DNA of 64,000 nt from a bacterium (GTDB lineage Bacteria > Acidobacteriota > Blastocatellia > HR10): contig JBEPZV010000007.1 in assembly GCA_041640655.1 (NCBI GenBank), positions 19,151-83,150 on the forward strand, given 5' to 3'. Positions 18,500 to 28,540 of this stretch are shown one piece after another. The notes beneath the pieces were generated by a model that worked only from the letters and a program-made list of their open reading frames with translations, did no database searches and had not been told where the DNA came from. Each line of letters opens with the position of its first letter. Position 1 is the first letter of the stretch. Position numbers and translations under genes: made by a program.

Positions 18500-20776
18500 T
18501 CAGAACCGGAAGAGGTAGCTGAATTTCACGAAGATCTGCCGCCCGACCGACTGCGTGGGCGCCCCGATGCGCCGAATCCCCCCGGGAGACGTCGGATCGA
18601 GCCCGAGGTTCTCCCAATGATCCGTGTACCCCACGTAGAGCGCCGTCCACGGATTGACCAGGTATGTGAGCAAGATGTCCACGGCGATTCGCTTCTCTCG
18701 CTCCGCGCGCACGAGCGCGGGATTCGGGAGCACGGCCGCATAATCGAGAATGGCGCGAAGCGACAGCTCGCGCGTGAATTGATAGGTCACCTTCGTGCGC
18801 AGCAGGTGATTATTGAAGATGCTGACCTGTTCGCCCGACGAACGGAGCGCGGTGGGCTCACCGCTCGAAGGCGACGACGGGCGAGACGTCCCCAGGCGGC
18901 TGTAGAGATAGACCTGACTCACCCGAAGTTGCGACGTCGGGCGCACGGTGAGCGACAGCTCGCCGTTTCTCGTCGTCGCCGAGAAGGGGTTCATTCCCGG
19001 TGGGGGATAAAAATTGATCCCGGTTCCGAATCGGAACTCTCCTCCGATGGAGAGCCATCGCAGCCAGGCCGTTTCGACATTGAACACTGTCTCGTGCTTC
19101 CGAAAGCCGATGTCGCGAAACAGCTCAAACGATTCCGAACGGCGAACGAAGACCCCCGTCGGTCCGGCGAATTGCCATTGGAATCCTCCATTGATGACCC
19201 AATCCTGGAGGCGGCCCCGCCGATCCCAATTGGCGAGGGCGAACACGTTCGGTCCGAAGCTCTGGAGGCGACGCCCCTCGCGGAACCAGCGATATCGAAC
19301 GAAATGCTCCATCTGCCGCACGTCCACACGACGGATGAAGCCCAGTTGCGACTGAAAGCGCGGGCTGCGATCCACGTACTCCCCCGAATAGAAGAAATGC
19401 CGCCCCGAATAGGAGAGATCGAGCGAGTAAGCGGGCCCGGACGATCGTGCGCCGTCGCGCTGCGTGAAGCTCCGCATGATCTGACCCGTGAGCGTCCAGT
19501 GGCGGCCAAACCGCAGCAGCGTATCGAGCGCGAGAACGCTATTGGACTGTGCCCGGAAGGACCGACGCGTGAAGAGGACGCCCAAGCTCGATTGCTCGGC
19601 GAATTCGCGTTGCACGCGCAGGACACCGATGGCCGCCCGCCGTCCGTGCGCGGGATCGGTCGGCGGCACGAGCCGTCCGGGAGCGCGATCGTCCATGGCG
19701 AGCGCGCCCACGGCCCACCGCCCCGCTTTCCCCGTCACCCGCGCGCCGAACTGGGGGTCCACAATCCGACGAGAGAAGAAAAGATTCTCCAACGTCTGGA
19801 AGAATCCCGCATTCTCCAGGAAGAACGGGCGCTTCTCCGGGAAGAAGACCTCGAACCGCTGATTGATCGTCACCTGCGGATCATCCGATTCGACCTGGCT
19901 GAAGTCGGGATTCACCGTGAGATCAAGCGTAAAGGCATCGCGCAGGACGAGCTTCGCGTCCATCCCCCCTCGACCTTCGACCTCCTTGCGCCAGGTGGGC
20001 CCGCTCGCACTCGAGAGATCGAGGAACCGGGCAGCCGCGAACGTCCCATACGGGATGAACTGCCAATTGCGTCCGGGCGAGATGTCCTCCAACCCTTCGA
20101 GCGTCGCCAGTTGTTGCAGGAATCCGGCCACGCGCCGGGTGATGTGCGGCCAGAAGGCTTGCTCGTTGAGCCGTGGGATGACTCGCCCGAGCGCGATCCC
20201 CCACGTTTGCGTCCGCGTCGCGGGGAATCGGAGACTGCGGAACGGAATGGCCATCCACACGATGAATCCATCCTCAGTCAACCGTCCTTCGGAATACCAG
20301 AGCGTATCGAAGCTGAAGTCGTCGTCTTGCCCCTCTCCGGCGATCCCATCAGCCTGAATCCCCAGGGGATTCACGAGGAAGACATAGGCCCGGCGCCGAT
20401 CCTGAAACGTATCCAGGATCACGCCGACGAGATCGTCCTCGAAGATCGCCTCACGCCGGGAGAGGCGTGCGCGAACCTTCGCCGGATCGTCCTTGCAGAT
20501 GAAGACGACATAAAGATGATGACGATCATAGGAGAGGCAGGCTGTCGTCTGCAGGCTGACCGGCGTCCCATCCCCCGGTTCCCGCTGTCGAAAATCGGAC
20601 ACGCAGACCTCGCCCGCCGGTCTCGCGCCTCGCCGATAGTCATCCAATCGGGGGGGCGAGGAGACGCGCGCGAGCCGCAGCCGCGGACGCTCATCTTGAG
20701 CCGCTCCCCATGCGACTCCGCACATCATGAGTCCGAGAAGGATCAAGACCGCACTTCGGCCTCTCCCCATCGCCAC
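18500..20776 (-). CDS. CBM9-like / DUF5916 outer-membrane protein
   Basis: Signal peptide, CBM9-like N-domain (YDRHHLYV, VNPLGIQ, IPFRSLRF), NPDFSQVESD...FPEKRPFFLE, C-terminal KFSYLFRF (outer-membrane Phe end). Confidence 0.85.
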   Translation of the reverse strand: MAMGRGRSAVLILLGLMMCGVAWGAAQDERPRLRLARVSSPPRLDDYRRGARPAGEVCVSDFRQREPGDGTPVSLQTTACLSYDRHHLYVVFICKDDPAKVRARLSRREAIFEDDLVGVILDTFQDRRRAYVFLVNPLGIQADGIAGEGQDDDFSFDTLWYSEGRLTEDGFIVWMAIPFRSLRFPATRTQTWGIALGRVIPRLNEQAFWPHITRRVAGFLQQLATLEGLEDISPGRNWQFIPYGTFAAARFLDLSSASGPTWRKEVEGRGGMDAKLVLRDAFTLDLTVNPDFSQVESDDPQVTINQRFEVFFPEKRPFFLENAGFFQTLENLFFSRRIVDPQFGARVTGKAGRWAVGALAMDDRAPGRLVPPTDPAHGRRAAIGVLRVQREFAEQSSLGVLFTRRSFRAQSNSVLALDTLLRFGRHWTLTGQIMRSFTQRDGARSSGPAYSLDLSYSGRHFFYSGEYVDRSPRFQSQLGFIRRVDVRQMEHFVRYRWFREGRRLQSFGPNVFALANWDRRGRLQDWVINGGFQWQFAGPTGVFVRRSESFELFRDIGFRKHETVFNVETAWLRWLSIGGEFRFGTGINFYPPPGMNPFSATTRNGELSLTVRPTSQLRVSQVYLYSRLGTSRPSSPSSGEPTALRSSGEQVSIFNNHLLRTKVTYQFTRELSLRAILDYAAVLPNPALVRAEREKRIAVDILLTYLVNPWTALYVGYTDHWENLGLDPTSPGGIRRIGAPTQSVGRQIFVKFSYLFRF

Positions 20777-20845
20777 GCTCTCTCCTCTTTTCGGATTCAG
20801 GCATCGCCCTTCATACTACGGTGCGATGGGCTCATTCGTTCCCGC

Positions 20846-21937
20846 TCACTCTCGATCTTCGATCCGCAGGCGTCCGAGCTCGCGCGATGCGGGGACGACG
20901 ACAAAGGGGATGCGCCCGAGCAACCGCCCCTCGGCCGTTCGTACCTCCACGCGCCAGCGGCCGGGCGCGATCCTCCGCTTGAAGGTATAACCGCGATAGC
21001 CGCCGTCGCGTCCGCCGATGACCGTGTAAGCGATCCGGTCCGTCGTGATCCACTCACCCCGTTCATCCCGCCGCTGCCAATAGTGCCAGACCTGCTCCGT
21101 GAACGCCGTCGGCGCGAAGATCGCCGTGAAACAATAGACCGCATCACCCGGTCGGTAGGCGAACTCGCGCTCATCCCGACGCCAGAAGAGCCAACGCGGT
21201 GGTTCCCGATACACGACTTCATATCGCGCGCCCACGCGTCGAACGCTGCGATAAATCCCCCCCTCCTTCAACGCCAGAGGAACCGGCGGGATCAGCTCCC
21301 CGAAGTAGCCAAGCAGGAGCCCGCCGAAGACGATCGCGGGGAAGACCAGCGCCCTCAGCAGCTCACGTCGGCGCCCGTAGATCGCCCCGAGAAGCGCGCT
21401 CGTCAGCGCGAATCCCAGAATCCCGCTCACCACGAAGAGCATCGCGCTCATGCGCCGGAGGACGATCGGCAGAAAGAAGGTGAAAAAGGCCGATCCGCAG
21501 AAGCCGTAGAGCGTCGTGAGCACTCTCAGGTCGCGCAACCGATGGGAGAAGAACTCATTGACCATCAGCAGGCCGAAGAGCAGGCCGACGAAGATCAAGG
21601 ACCGCCCGATGGCCGCACTCTTGAAGTAGAAGACGACGTAGCTCGACAACAAGCCCCCGAGGAAGAAGTGCACCCCGGTAGTCATCAGATCGAGCCGTCG
21701 CCGGAGTCGCGGCGAGCACACGCGCCCGCGCTCGACGCGCCCGATCAGCACGATCAGGATGCCGGATGCCAGGAGATACCCGAGCAAGATCGCATTGTCC
21801 GACCAGCGGTCAATGCGGGTGAGCGTCAGGCTGTCATAGGTGAACCCCGCGATGAAGGCCAGGATCGGCCCATACTGGCGGTGGCGCTCGAAGAACGCGC
21901 GCCACCGATCCCGCCACGTCGCGATCGGACGGATCAT
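20846..21937 (-). CDS. DUF2914-domain membrane protein
   Basis: About 7 TM helices, IPPVPLALK, YCFTAIFAP, GGRDGGYRGYT, PGRWRVEVRT. Confidence 0.8.
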   Translation of the reverse strand: MIRPIATWRDRWRAFFERHRQYGPILAFIAGFTYDSLTLTRIDRWSDNAILLGYLLASGILIVLIGRVERGRVCSPRLRRRLDLMTTGVHFFLGGLLSSYVVFYFKSAAIGRSLIFVGLLFGLLMVNEFFSHRLRDLRVLTTLYGFCGSAFFTFFLPIVLRRMSAMLFVVSGILGFALTSALLGAIYGRRRELLRALVFPAIVFGGLLLGYFGELIPPVPLALKEGGIYRSVRRVGARYEVVYREPPRWLFWRRDEREFAYRPGDAVYCFTAIFAPTAFTEQVWHYWQRRDERGEWITTDRIAYTVIGGRDGGYRGYTFKRRIAPGRWRVEVRTAEGRLLGRIPFVVVPASRELGRLRIEDRE

Positions 21938-22106
21938 CCTCTCTCTGAACGTTCAATCAAAACAAGGATTCGAGGGCTCGGTCAATCCGCTGAAGGGGCA
22001 GACCATGCAGGCGCGAAGTGTCAGCTTGGCTCGCCCGAAGATGCACCGTATGATTAGAGAGCACCGCCGGGGAGCTGGTGCATGTTCATCAGGAGGGAGA
22101 GCGCTT

Positions 22107-24851
22107 ATGAGACGACGATTCGCAATGCTCGTCTCCGGACTTCTGTTCACGTCTCCTCTCGTTCCCTGTTTCGCCGCCACCGATGCATTCGATTTCTACG
22201 CCCGGGGGCCATATCGGCCTGCTGTCCCGCGCCCTTCGCAACTGCTCGGGTACGAGCCGGGCGAATTCCACACGGACTTTCGCGGGATGGAGAGAGTCAT
22301 CTTCGCCATCGCGCAGGCGGCAGCCGATCGCGTGCGCGTGATCGAATATGGACAGAGCTATGAACGGCGCCCCTTGCGCCTGCTGATCATCAGCTCACCT
22401 GAGAACCTGAACCGACTCGAGGAGATCCGCGCTCGCATTCAAAAACTCGCCGATCCCCGGAGACTCGGCTCGCCCGACGAAGCCGCGGAGATCATCCGCA
22501 CGACGCCCGTCATCGTCTGGCTGAATTACGCGAACGATGGGAACGAGTCGGCCGCTTTCGAAGCGGCGATGCAGGTCGCTTATCACCTGGCGGCGAGCGA
22601 AGAGCCGAGGACGCGGGAACTCCTGGAGCGCGCCATCATCCTTCTCAATCCCGCGCACAATCCGGAGAGCCACGAGCGCTTCGTCGCCTGGTACAACGCC
22701 GTCGCCGTGGGGGCCGAAGATCGCTTCGCCTACGAGCACAACGCCCCTTGGGGACTCTCCACGAACAACAATCATTACCAGATTGACCTCAATCGCGACG
22801 CGCTGGCGAGCACGCAGGTGGAGACGCAAGCGCTCATGCGCGTCTACCTGCAGTGGAATCCGCAGGTCTTCGTGGATCATCACGGCCAGACGACGACCTT
22901 CTTCTTCCCCCCTGCGGCGGCTCCCGTGAATGCGAACCTCCCGACGGCGTATCACGAGTGGATGGACGTCTTCGGGCGCGGCAATGCCGAGGCGTTCGAT
23001 CGCCACGGGTGGGCGTACTTCGTCCGCGATGTCTTCGATCTCTTCTACCCGGGATATTGGGACAGTTGGCCTTCGCTCAATGGGGCGATTGGCATGACCT
23101 ACGAGACCGATGGAGGAGGCAATCGAGGACTCCGCTGGCAGCGTGAGGACGAGACGGTGGTGACCTTGCGCGATGGGATCGCGAAGCATTTCGTGGCGAG
23201 CTTGGCGACGGTGGAGACGGCCGTGCGCCATCGCGAGCGTTTGCTCCAATACTTCTACGATTTCAAGCGCACGGCGATCGAGGAGGGAGCGCGCGGCCCC
23301 ATGCGCCGATTCGTCCTGCTGCCGGGGAACGATCCGGGACGCGCGGCGGAGCTGGTCGCGACGCTCTTGCGCGCGGGGATCGAAGTGCAGCGAGCCCAGG
23401 AGGCGTTCTCCTCGCGCGCCGCGTACGACTACATGAGCAAGAAGACGATGGCCCGCTCCTTTCCCGCCGGTTCCTTCATCGTTGATCTGGCTCAGCCGCA
23501 GATGCGCCTGGCGAAGGCATTGCTCGAACCGGAAGCCCAGCTCAATCCGGAATTCGTCCAGCGTCAGTTGCAGATCCGCGAGCGGAACGAACGACGCGGC
23601 AAGAATGTCCCGAAGGAGCGATATGAGTTCTATGACGTGACCGCGTGGTCGCTCCCCTTGGCCTTCGGCGTCGAAGCCTACTGGACGGAGGACGCACCCC
23701 GCGTGCGCTCGGTCTCACTGACATTGGATGAGACCGGAGGTGTGATCACGAGCGACGATCGGCAACCGATCGTCAGTGGCGGCGTCACCGGCGGTCGCGC
23801 GGCCTCGGCTTATCTCTTCACCTATGAGACGAACGCCGCCGCTCGTTTGGCCTTCGCCTTGCTCAAGGAGGGCTACAAGATCGCCGTCTCCACGCGACCG
23901 CTCCGCGCCGACGGCCGCGACTTCCCGCGCGGGACTCTGGTCGTGCCTATCGAACGGAATCCCGAATCCGTGCACGAGCGCATAGCGGCTCTCGCCCGCG
24001 AATGCGGAGTGACCGTATATGCGGCTTCGAGCGCCTACACGGATCGCGGAGATACGGGGATTGGATCTCCCTCCGTTCTCCCGCTGCGACAGCCGAAGAT
24101 CGTCGTCATCGTCGGAGAGGGCGTTGCGGTCACCAGCTACGGCGCCATCTGGTTCCTTTTCGAGCGGCGGTTCGGCATCCCCTTCATCCCAATGACGCTC
24201 GCCTCGCTCCATCGCGCCGACATCTTCCGGTATGACGTCATCCTCTTTCCCGATGGGAATCCCGCTGCTTATCAAGCGGCCCTTGGGGATCGGGGCGTGG
24301 AGCGGCTCAAGCGATGGGTGAACGAAGGGGGCGTCCTCATCGGCATTGGTGGCGCGGCGGAACTCTTCACGCGGAAGGGGGTGGAGCTGACGACCGCCCG
24401 GGTTCTCGGTGCCGAGGAGGAAACACCTGCGCCGTCAGGACCGAGCGCCGCGGCTTCGGCCCAATCGCAGGCGGCGGAGCGAGCGACGCCCCCTCGCCCG
24501 CTTTCGGTCCCCGGAGCGATCATGCGGGCGACGGTGGATCGGCATCACTTCCTGACCTTCGGCTACGACGCGGAACATCTGCCCGTCCTGGTGAATTCGG
24601 CGCGCTTTCTCGCGCGCAGCCGAGATGGAGCGAACGTCGTCACCTTCGAAGGCAAGGACCTGCATCTGAGTGGATTCATCTGGCCGAATAACACGGTGGA
24701 GCTGCTCAGCGGGACGGCCTATCTCATCCACGAGCCGACCGGACGCGGTCATGTCATCCTCTACGCTCAGGATCCGAACTTCCGGCTCTTCTGGCAGGGA
24801 CTCACGCGCCTCTTCCTGAACAGTGTGCTCTTCGCCCCATCCATGCGCTGA
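22107..24851 (+). CDS. secreted M14-family zinc carboxypeptidase-like protein
   Basis: Signal peptide, YGQSYERRPL, DGNES, NHYQIDLNRD, FVDHH, C-terminal GATase-like domain. The canonical HxxE zinc ligand reads DGNE here. Confidence 0.85.
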   Translation: MRRRFAMLVSGLLFTSPLVPCFAATDAFDFYARGPYRPAVPRPSQLLGYEPGEFHTDFRGMERVIFAIAQAAADRVRVIEYGQSYERRPLRLLIISSPENLNRLEEIRARIQKLADPRRLGSPDEAAEIIRTTPVIVWLNYANDGNESAAFEAAMQVAYHLAASEEPRTRELLERAIILLNPAHNPESHERFVAWYNAVAVGAEDRFAYEHNAPWGLSTNNNHYQIDLNRDALASTQVETQALMRVYLQWNPQVFVDHHGQTTTFFFPPAAAPVNANLPTAYHEWMDVFGRGNAEAFDRHGWAYFVRDVFDLFYPGYWDSWPSLNGAIGMTYETDGGGNRGLRWQREDETVVTLRDGIAKHFVASLATVETAVRHRERLLQYFYDFKRTAIEEGARGPMRRFVLLPGNDPGRAAELVATLLRAGIEVQRAQEAFSSRAAYDYMSKKTMARSFPAGSFIVDLAQPQMRLAKALLEPEAQLNPEFVQRQLQIRERNERRGKNVPKERYEFYDVTAWSLPLAFGVEAYWTEDAPRVRSVSLTLDETGGVITSDDRQPIVSGGVTGGRAASAYLFTYETNAAARLAFALLKEGYKIAVSTRPLRADGRDFPRGTLVVPIERNPESVHERIAALARECGVTVYAASSAYTDRGDTGIGSPSVLPLRQPKIVVIVGEGVAVTSYGAIWFLFERRFGIPFIPMTLASLHRADIFRYDVILFPDGNPAAYQAALGDRGVERLKRWVNEGGVLIGIGGAAELFTRKGVELTTARVLGAEEETPAPSGPSAAASAQSQAAERATPPRPLSVPGAIMRATVDRHHFLTFGYDAEHLPVLVNSARFLARSRDGANVVTFEGKDLHLSGFIWPNNTVELLSGTAYLIHEPTGRGHVILYAQDPNFRLFWQGLTRLFLNSVLFAPSMR

Positions 24852-24977
24852 GCGGGATACGGTCCCCCTCATGCAGGCCGGATCGTCGGTGGGGGGACCG
24901 CTCTCCCACATCCCCTGGCCGGCGCGCGTGCTTGCGGCTTGTCCCTCCACATCTCTTTTGGCTATAGTCTCTCCCCT

Positions 24978-25385
24978 ATGGGTGAGTACACGGAAGAGCA
25001 TGCCCGAGCCGGCCTGGAGGTCGAGCTGCCGAAGATCGAGTGCTGGCCCAATCAATTCAAGGGCTACGAGATCACCATCGTCATCCCCGAATACACCTCC
25101 GTCTGCCCGCGCACGGGGCTACCCGATTTCGGAACGATCACCATTCGCTACGAGCCGGATGAGTGGTGCGTCGAGCTGAAATCGCTCAAATACTACATCC
25201 TGGGGTACCGCCAGCTCGGGATCTTCTACGAGAACGCCGTCAATCGCATCCTCCGGGATTTCGTCGCGGCGTGCCGCCCCGTGTGGGCGGAAGTGACCGG
25301 GGAGTTCAACGTTCGGGGGGGGATGAGAAGCATCGTGTGCGCTCGATATCGCGCGCGCACCGAGCGCTCGACGCCCGGCTCCTGA
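24978..25385 (+). CDS. queF: 7-cyano-7-deazaguanine (preQ0) reductase, type I
   Basis: EYTSVCPRTGLPDFG, VELKSLKYY, FNVRGG. Confidence 0.95.
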   Translation: MGEYTEEHARAGLEVELPKIECWPNQFKGYEITIVIPEYTSVCPRTGLPDFGTITIRYEPDEWCVELKSLKYYILGYRQLGIFYENAVNRILRDFVAACRPVWAEVTGEFNVRGGMRSIVCARYRARTERSTPGS

Positions 25386-25397
25386 GCGCGCGAGCGC

Positions 25398-25604
25398 TCA
25401 CGGCGACTCCCCGCCTCTTCGCTCCTCTCGCACGCCGAGGTCGAAGGCGACCACGATCAGGATGACGCAGAGGGCAATCGTCGCCCCGGCATAGAGGAGC
25501 ATCAGGTGTCCCCCTTGCATGAAGAGATAGATCACCACGCCGATGAGCAGGATGGAGAGGATGCCCCAGAAGCTGAATCGTTTCGGCTCCGCGCGCTCTA
25601 CCAT
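25398..25604 (-). CDS. small two-TM membrane protein (68 aa)
   Basis: Two hydrophobic helices. Start overlaps the stop of the upstream DAACS symporter. Confidence 0.65.
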   Translation of the reverse strand: MVERAEPKRFSFWGILSILLIGVVIYLFMQGGHLMLLYAGATIALCVILIVVAFDLGVREERRGGESP

Positions 25605-26968
25605 CGCTTCTCTCCCTCCGGTTCCAAACGTTCCATCTCCGCGACCGATTCGGCGACCTGCGGCAGAGGCGTGAGCAGATACCCTTCCGATCGGGCGATG
25701 AAGGCAGCGGCCGTGACATCGCCGGTGACGTTCAACGTCGTCCGGCACATGTCGAGCAACCGATCCACGCCGAGGATGATGGCGATGCCCTCGCCCGGGA
25801 CGCCGACCGTCTGCAGCACCAGGATGAGCAGCGGGAGGGAACCTCCGGGCACGCCAGCCGCGCCGATGGCCGTCAACACCGACATGACGATGACGATCAA
25901 TTGCGCTGAGAGCGACAGCTCGACGCCGAAGACCTGGGCCAGGAAGAGCACCGTGACGCCCTCAAAGAGGGCCGTCCCGTTCATGTTCATCGTCGCGCCC
26001 AGCGGGAGCACGAACCCCGTGATCTCGCGAGGAATCCCCAGGTTCTCCTCCGAGACGCGCATCGTCGTCGGGAGCGTGGCGCTGGAGGAGCTGGTGGAGA
26101 AGGCCGTGATCATCACGGTTCGAATCGCGCTGAAGAACTGCCAGGGATTCAACCGCGCGAAGACGCGCACCAGGATCGAGTAGACCCCGAATTGATGGAT
26201 GGCCAACCCAAGGATGACCGTGAAGACGTAGATCCCCAGCTTGGCGAGGAGATCGAACCCAAAGCGCGCCGTGACGCTGAAGATCAAGGCCGCGACGCCG
26301 AAGGGCGCCAGCTTCATCGCCAGATCAATCAAGACGACCATCGCCTCTCCCACACCGGAGAGAACGGCCATGACCGGCTGCGCGCGACTCGCCGGCAGAA
26401 AGGTCAGGGCGACGCCGAACATGAGGGCGAAGAAGATGATCCCCAACATATCGCCCTGCACGGCGGCCGCGATCGGATTGCGAGGGACGATGTTGACGAG
26501 GGTCTGAATCCCAAAGCGCGTTCGCCCCGCCTGTTCTAATGTCTCGGCCGTCTGTCCGCGATACGTCTCCAGAAGCTGTGCCTTCACCTGTTCGGGGAGG
26601 CCCTCCCCCGGCCGAATGACGTTCACTAAGATCAACCCGATCGTGACCGCCAGCGTCGTCACCAGCAGAAAATAGAGCAGGGTCTTCACGCCGATGCGTC
26701 CGAGCTTCCGCAAATCCCCGAGCCCGGCGACGCCGAGCGCGAGTGAGGCGAAAACCAGCGGCACGACGACCATAATGAGCATTCGCAGGAAGATCTGCCC
26801 GATCGGCTCGGTCACCGTCCGGACAAACCATTCCACCTCCGGTCGCCGACCGAGGAGGACATTGACGCCGATCCCTGCGATCGCCCCCCCCACTAGGCCG
26901 AGGAAGATCCGCGTATGCAAGGGGAGCCGACGTCGCCCCTCCATGCTGTGCTCAGGTGCGGGTTGCAT
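25598..26968 (-). CDS. dicarboxylate/amino acid:cation symporter (DAACS, GltP-like)
   Basis: TAFSTSSSSATLP, PLGATMNMNGTAL, GAAGVPGG, GVDRLLDMCRT..NVTGD. Confidence 0.95.
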   Translation of the reverse strand: MQPAPEHSMEGRRRLPLHTRIFLGLVGGAIAGIGVNVLLGRRPEVEWFVRTVTEPIGQIFLRMLIMVVVPLVFASLALGVAGLGDLRKLGRIGVKTLLYFLLVTTLAVTIGLILVNVIRPGEGLPEQVKAQLLETYRGQTAETLEQAGRTRFGIQTLVNIVPRNPIAAAVQGDMLGIIFFALMFGVALTFLPASRAQPVMAVLSGVGEAMVVLIDLAMKLAPFGVAALIFSVTARFGFDLLAKLGIYVFTVILGLAIHQFGVYSILVRVFARLNPWQFFSAIRTVMITAFSTSSSSATLPTTMRVSEENLGIPREITGFVLPLGATMNMNGTALFEGVTVLFLAQVFGVELSLSAQLIVIVMSVLTAIGAAGVPGGSLPLLILVLQTVGVPGEGIAIILGVDRLLDMCRTTLNVTGDVTAAAFIARSEGYLLTPLPQVAESVAEMERLEPEGEKRW

Positions 26969-26971
26969 CCT

Positions 26972-28495
26972 TCAATCCACTGTCACGGGCCCGGGACCGA
27001 GAGCGGGTCTTCGCGCCGCCCTCCATCGCCACAGGGCATACACAGGCGCTCCCGCCAGGACGATCATCAATCCCGGCCACGTATTGGGTCGCGTCTTGGG
27101 CGAGATCAGGAGATCCACCGCGATGAAAGAGGCCGCGAGGATGTACAGCGCCGGAACCCACGGATAGCCGAAGGCGCGATACGGTCGTTCGGCATCCGGC
27201 CGCTTCCACCGCAAGACGAAGAGGCCCGCGATCGTGAGGACGTAGAAGATGAGGACGGCGAAGATCACGTAGTCGAGCAGCTCGCTATACGTCCCCGAGA
27301 GCGCGAGCACGCAGGCCCAGAGGCATTGGACCAGAAGCCCATTGGCCGGGACATGATGAGCGTTCAACTGCCCCACGCGGTGGAAGAAGAGGCCATCGCG
27401 CGCCATCGCATAGTAGACGCGCGCCCCCGCCAGGATCAAGCCGTTCATGCAGCCGAAGGTCGAGATCATGATGAGCACGGCCATAATGGCCGCCGCATGC
27501 GCGCCGAAGATGACCTCGGCCGCCGCCGTCCCCACGCGATCGTTCACGGCGAATTGAATGCCGCGCTCGATGGCCGTTGTGCCCGTGGGGTCACCCCGCA
27601 GCGGGAGCACGCAGAGGTAGCTGACGTTCGCCAGAAGGTAGAGCACCGAGACCAATCCGACACCGAAGAAGAGGCTGAGCGGCAGCGTGCGCTTCGGGTT
27701 CTTCACCTCCCCGGCCGTGAACGTGACGTTGTGCCACGCGTCTGAGGCGAAGAGGGGACCGACCATCGCTGTCCCCAACACGAGCAACAGAGCGAAGCCC
27801 TCCAACGGCATCGTCGTGTAGTGGGTCGCGCCCGAAGCCACCGGCTGCGTGAACGTCGCCGACCACGCGTCTCGGAAGTTCGCCGCAATGGCCTCCGCGT
27901 TCCGCCCGATGAAGAGTCCGAGGCCGATGAGCAGGGCGAGCGCGCCGATCTTCGCGATCGTGAAGATGTTTTGCACGATCTTGCCCGCGCGCAGCCCCTT
28001 CGAGTTCGTCCAGCTCAAGAAGATGATCACCGCGATCGCGACCAGCTGCGTCGGCGACAGCGCCAGTCGACCGAACTCGAAGAACGTTCGCTCCTCGGAG
28101 ATCTGCGGGATCAAAACGCCCAGGAACCGCGCGAAGGCGACGGCCACGGCCGCGATCGTCCCCGTCTGAATGACCAGAAAGAGCGTCCAGCCATAGAGGA
28201 AGGCCCAGAAGGGGCTGTAGGCTTCGCGCAAATAGACATACTGACCGCCCGCGCGCGGCAGCATCGCCGCCAGCTCGCCATAGCTCAGCGCGGCCATGAG
28301 CGTCAGAAGCCCCGCGATCGCCCATGCGCTCAGGAGCCATCCGGCCGATCCCAGCTGCCGCGCGACGTCCGCCGAGACGATGAAGATCCCCGAGCCGATC
28401 ATGGACCCGGCGACGATCATCGTCGAATCGAATAAGCCGAGTCCCCGAACAAACGCCTCCTCACGATGAACGACGACCTCACCTGGTCGCGCCAT
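26972..28495 (-). CDS. APC-family amino acid permease
   Basis: GSMIGSGIFIV, YGELAAMLPRAGGQYVYLREAY, ARVYYAMARDG, RPYRAFGYP. Confidence 0.93.
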   Translation of the reverse strand: MARPGEVVVHREEAFVRGLGLFDSTMIVAGSMIGSGIFIVSADVARQLGSAGWLLSAWAIAGLLTLMAALSYGELAAMLPRAGGQYVYLREAYSPFWAFLYGWTLFLVIQTGTIAAVAVAFARFLGVLIPQISEERTFFEFGRLALSPTQLVAIAVIIFLSWTNSKGLRAGKIVQNIFTIAKIGALALLIGLGLFIGRNAEAIAANFRDAWSATFTQPVASGATHYTTMPLEGFALLLVLGTAMVGPLFASDAWHNVTFTAGEVKNPKRTLPLSLFFGVGLVSVLYLLANVSYLCVLPLRGDPTGTTAIERGIQFAVNDRVGTAAAEVIFGAHAAAIMAVLIMISTFGCMNGLILAGARVYYAMARDGLFFHRVGQLNAHHVPANGLLVQCLWACVLALSGTYSELLDYVIFAVLIFYVLTIAGLFVLRWKRPDAERPYRAFGYPWVPALYILAASFIAVDLLISPKTRPNTWPGLMIVLAGAPVYALWRWRAARRPALGPGPVTVD

Positions 28496-28540
28496 AGTGT
28501 CCCGCCTCCATACCTTCAGGCTCTCCTTGCCGTCACGCGT

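Noticed and set aside
18617..22057. 1146-aa plus-strand ORF
   Set aside because: Antisense shadow of two well-supported minus-strand genes. No motifs, and long stop-free antisense frames are common at high GC.
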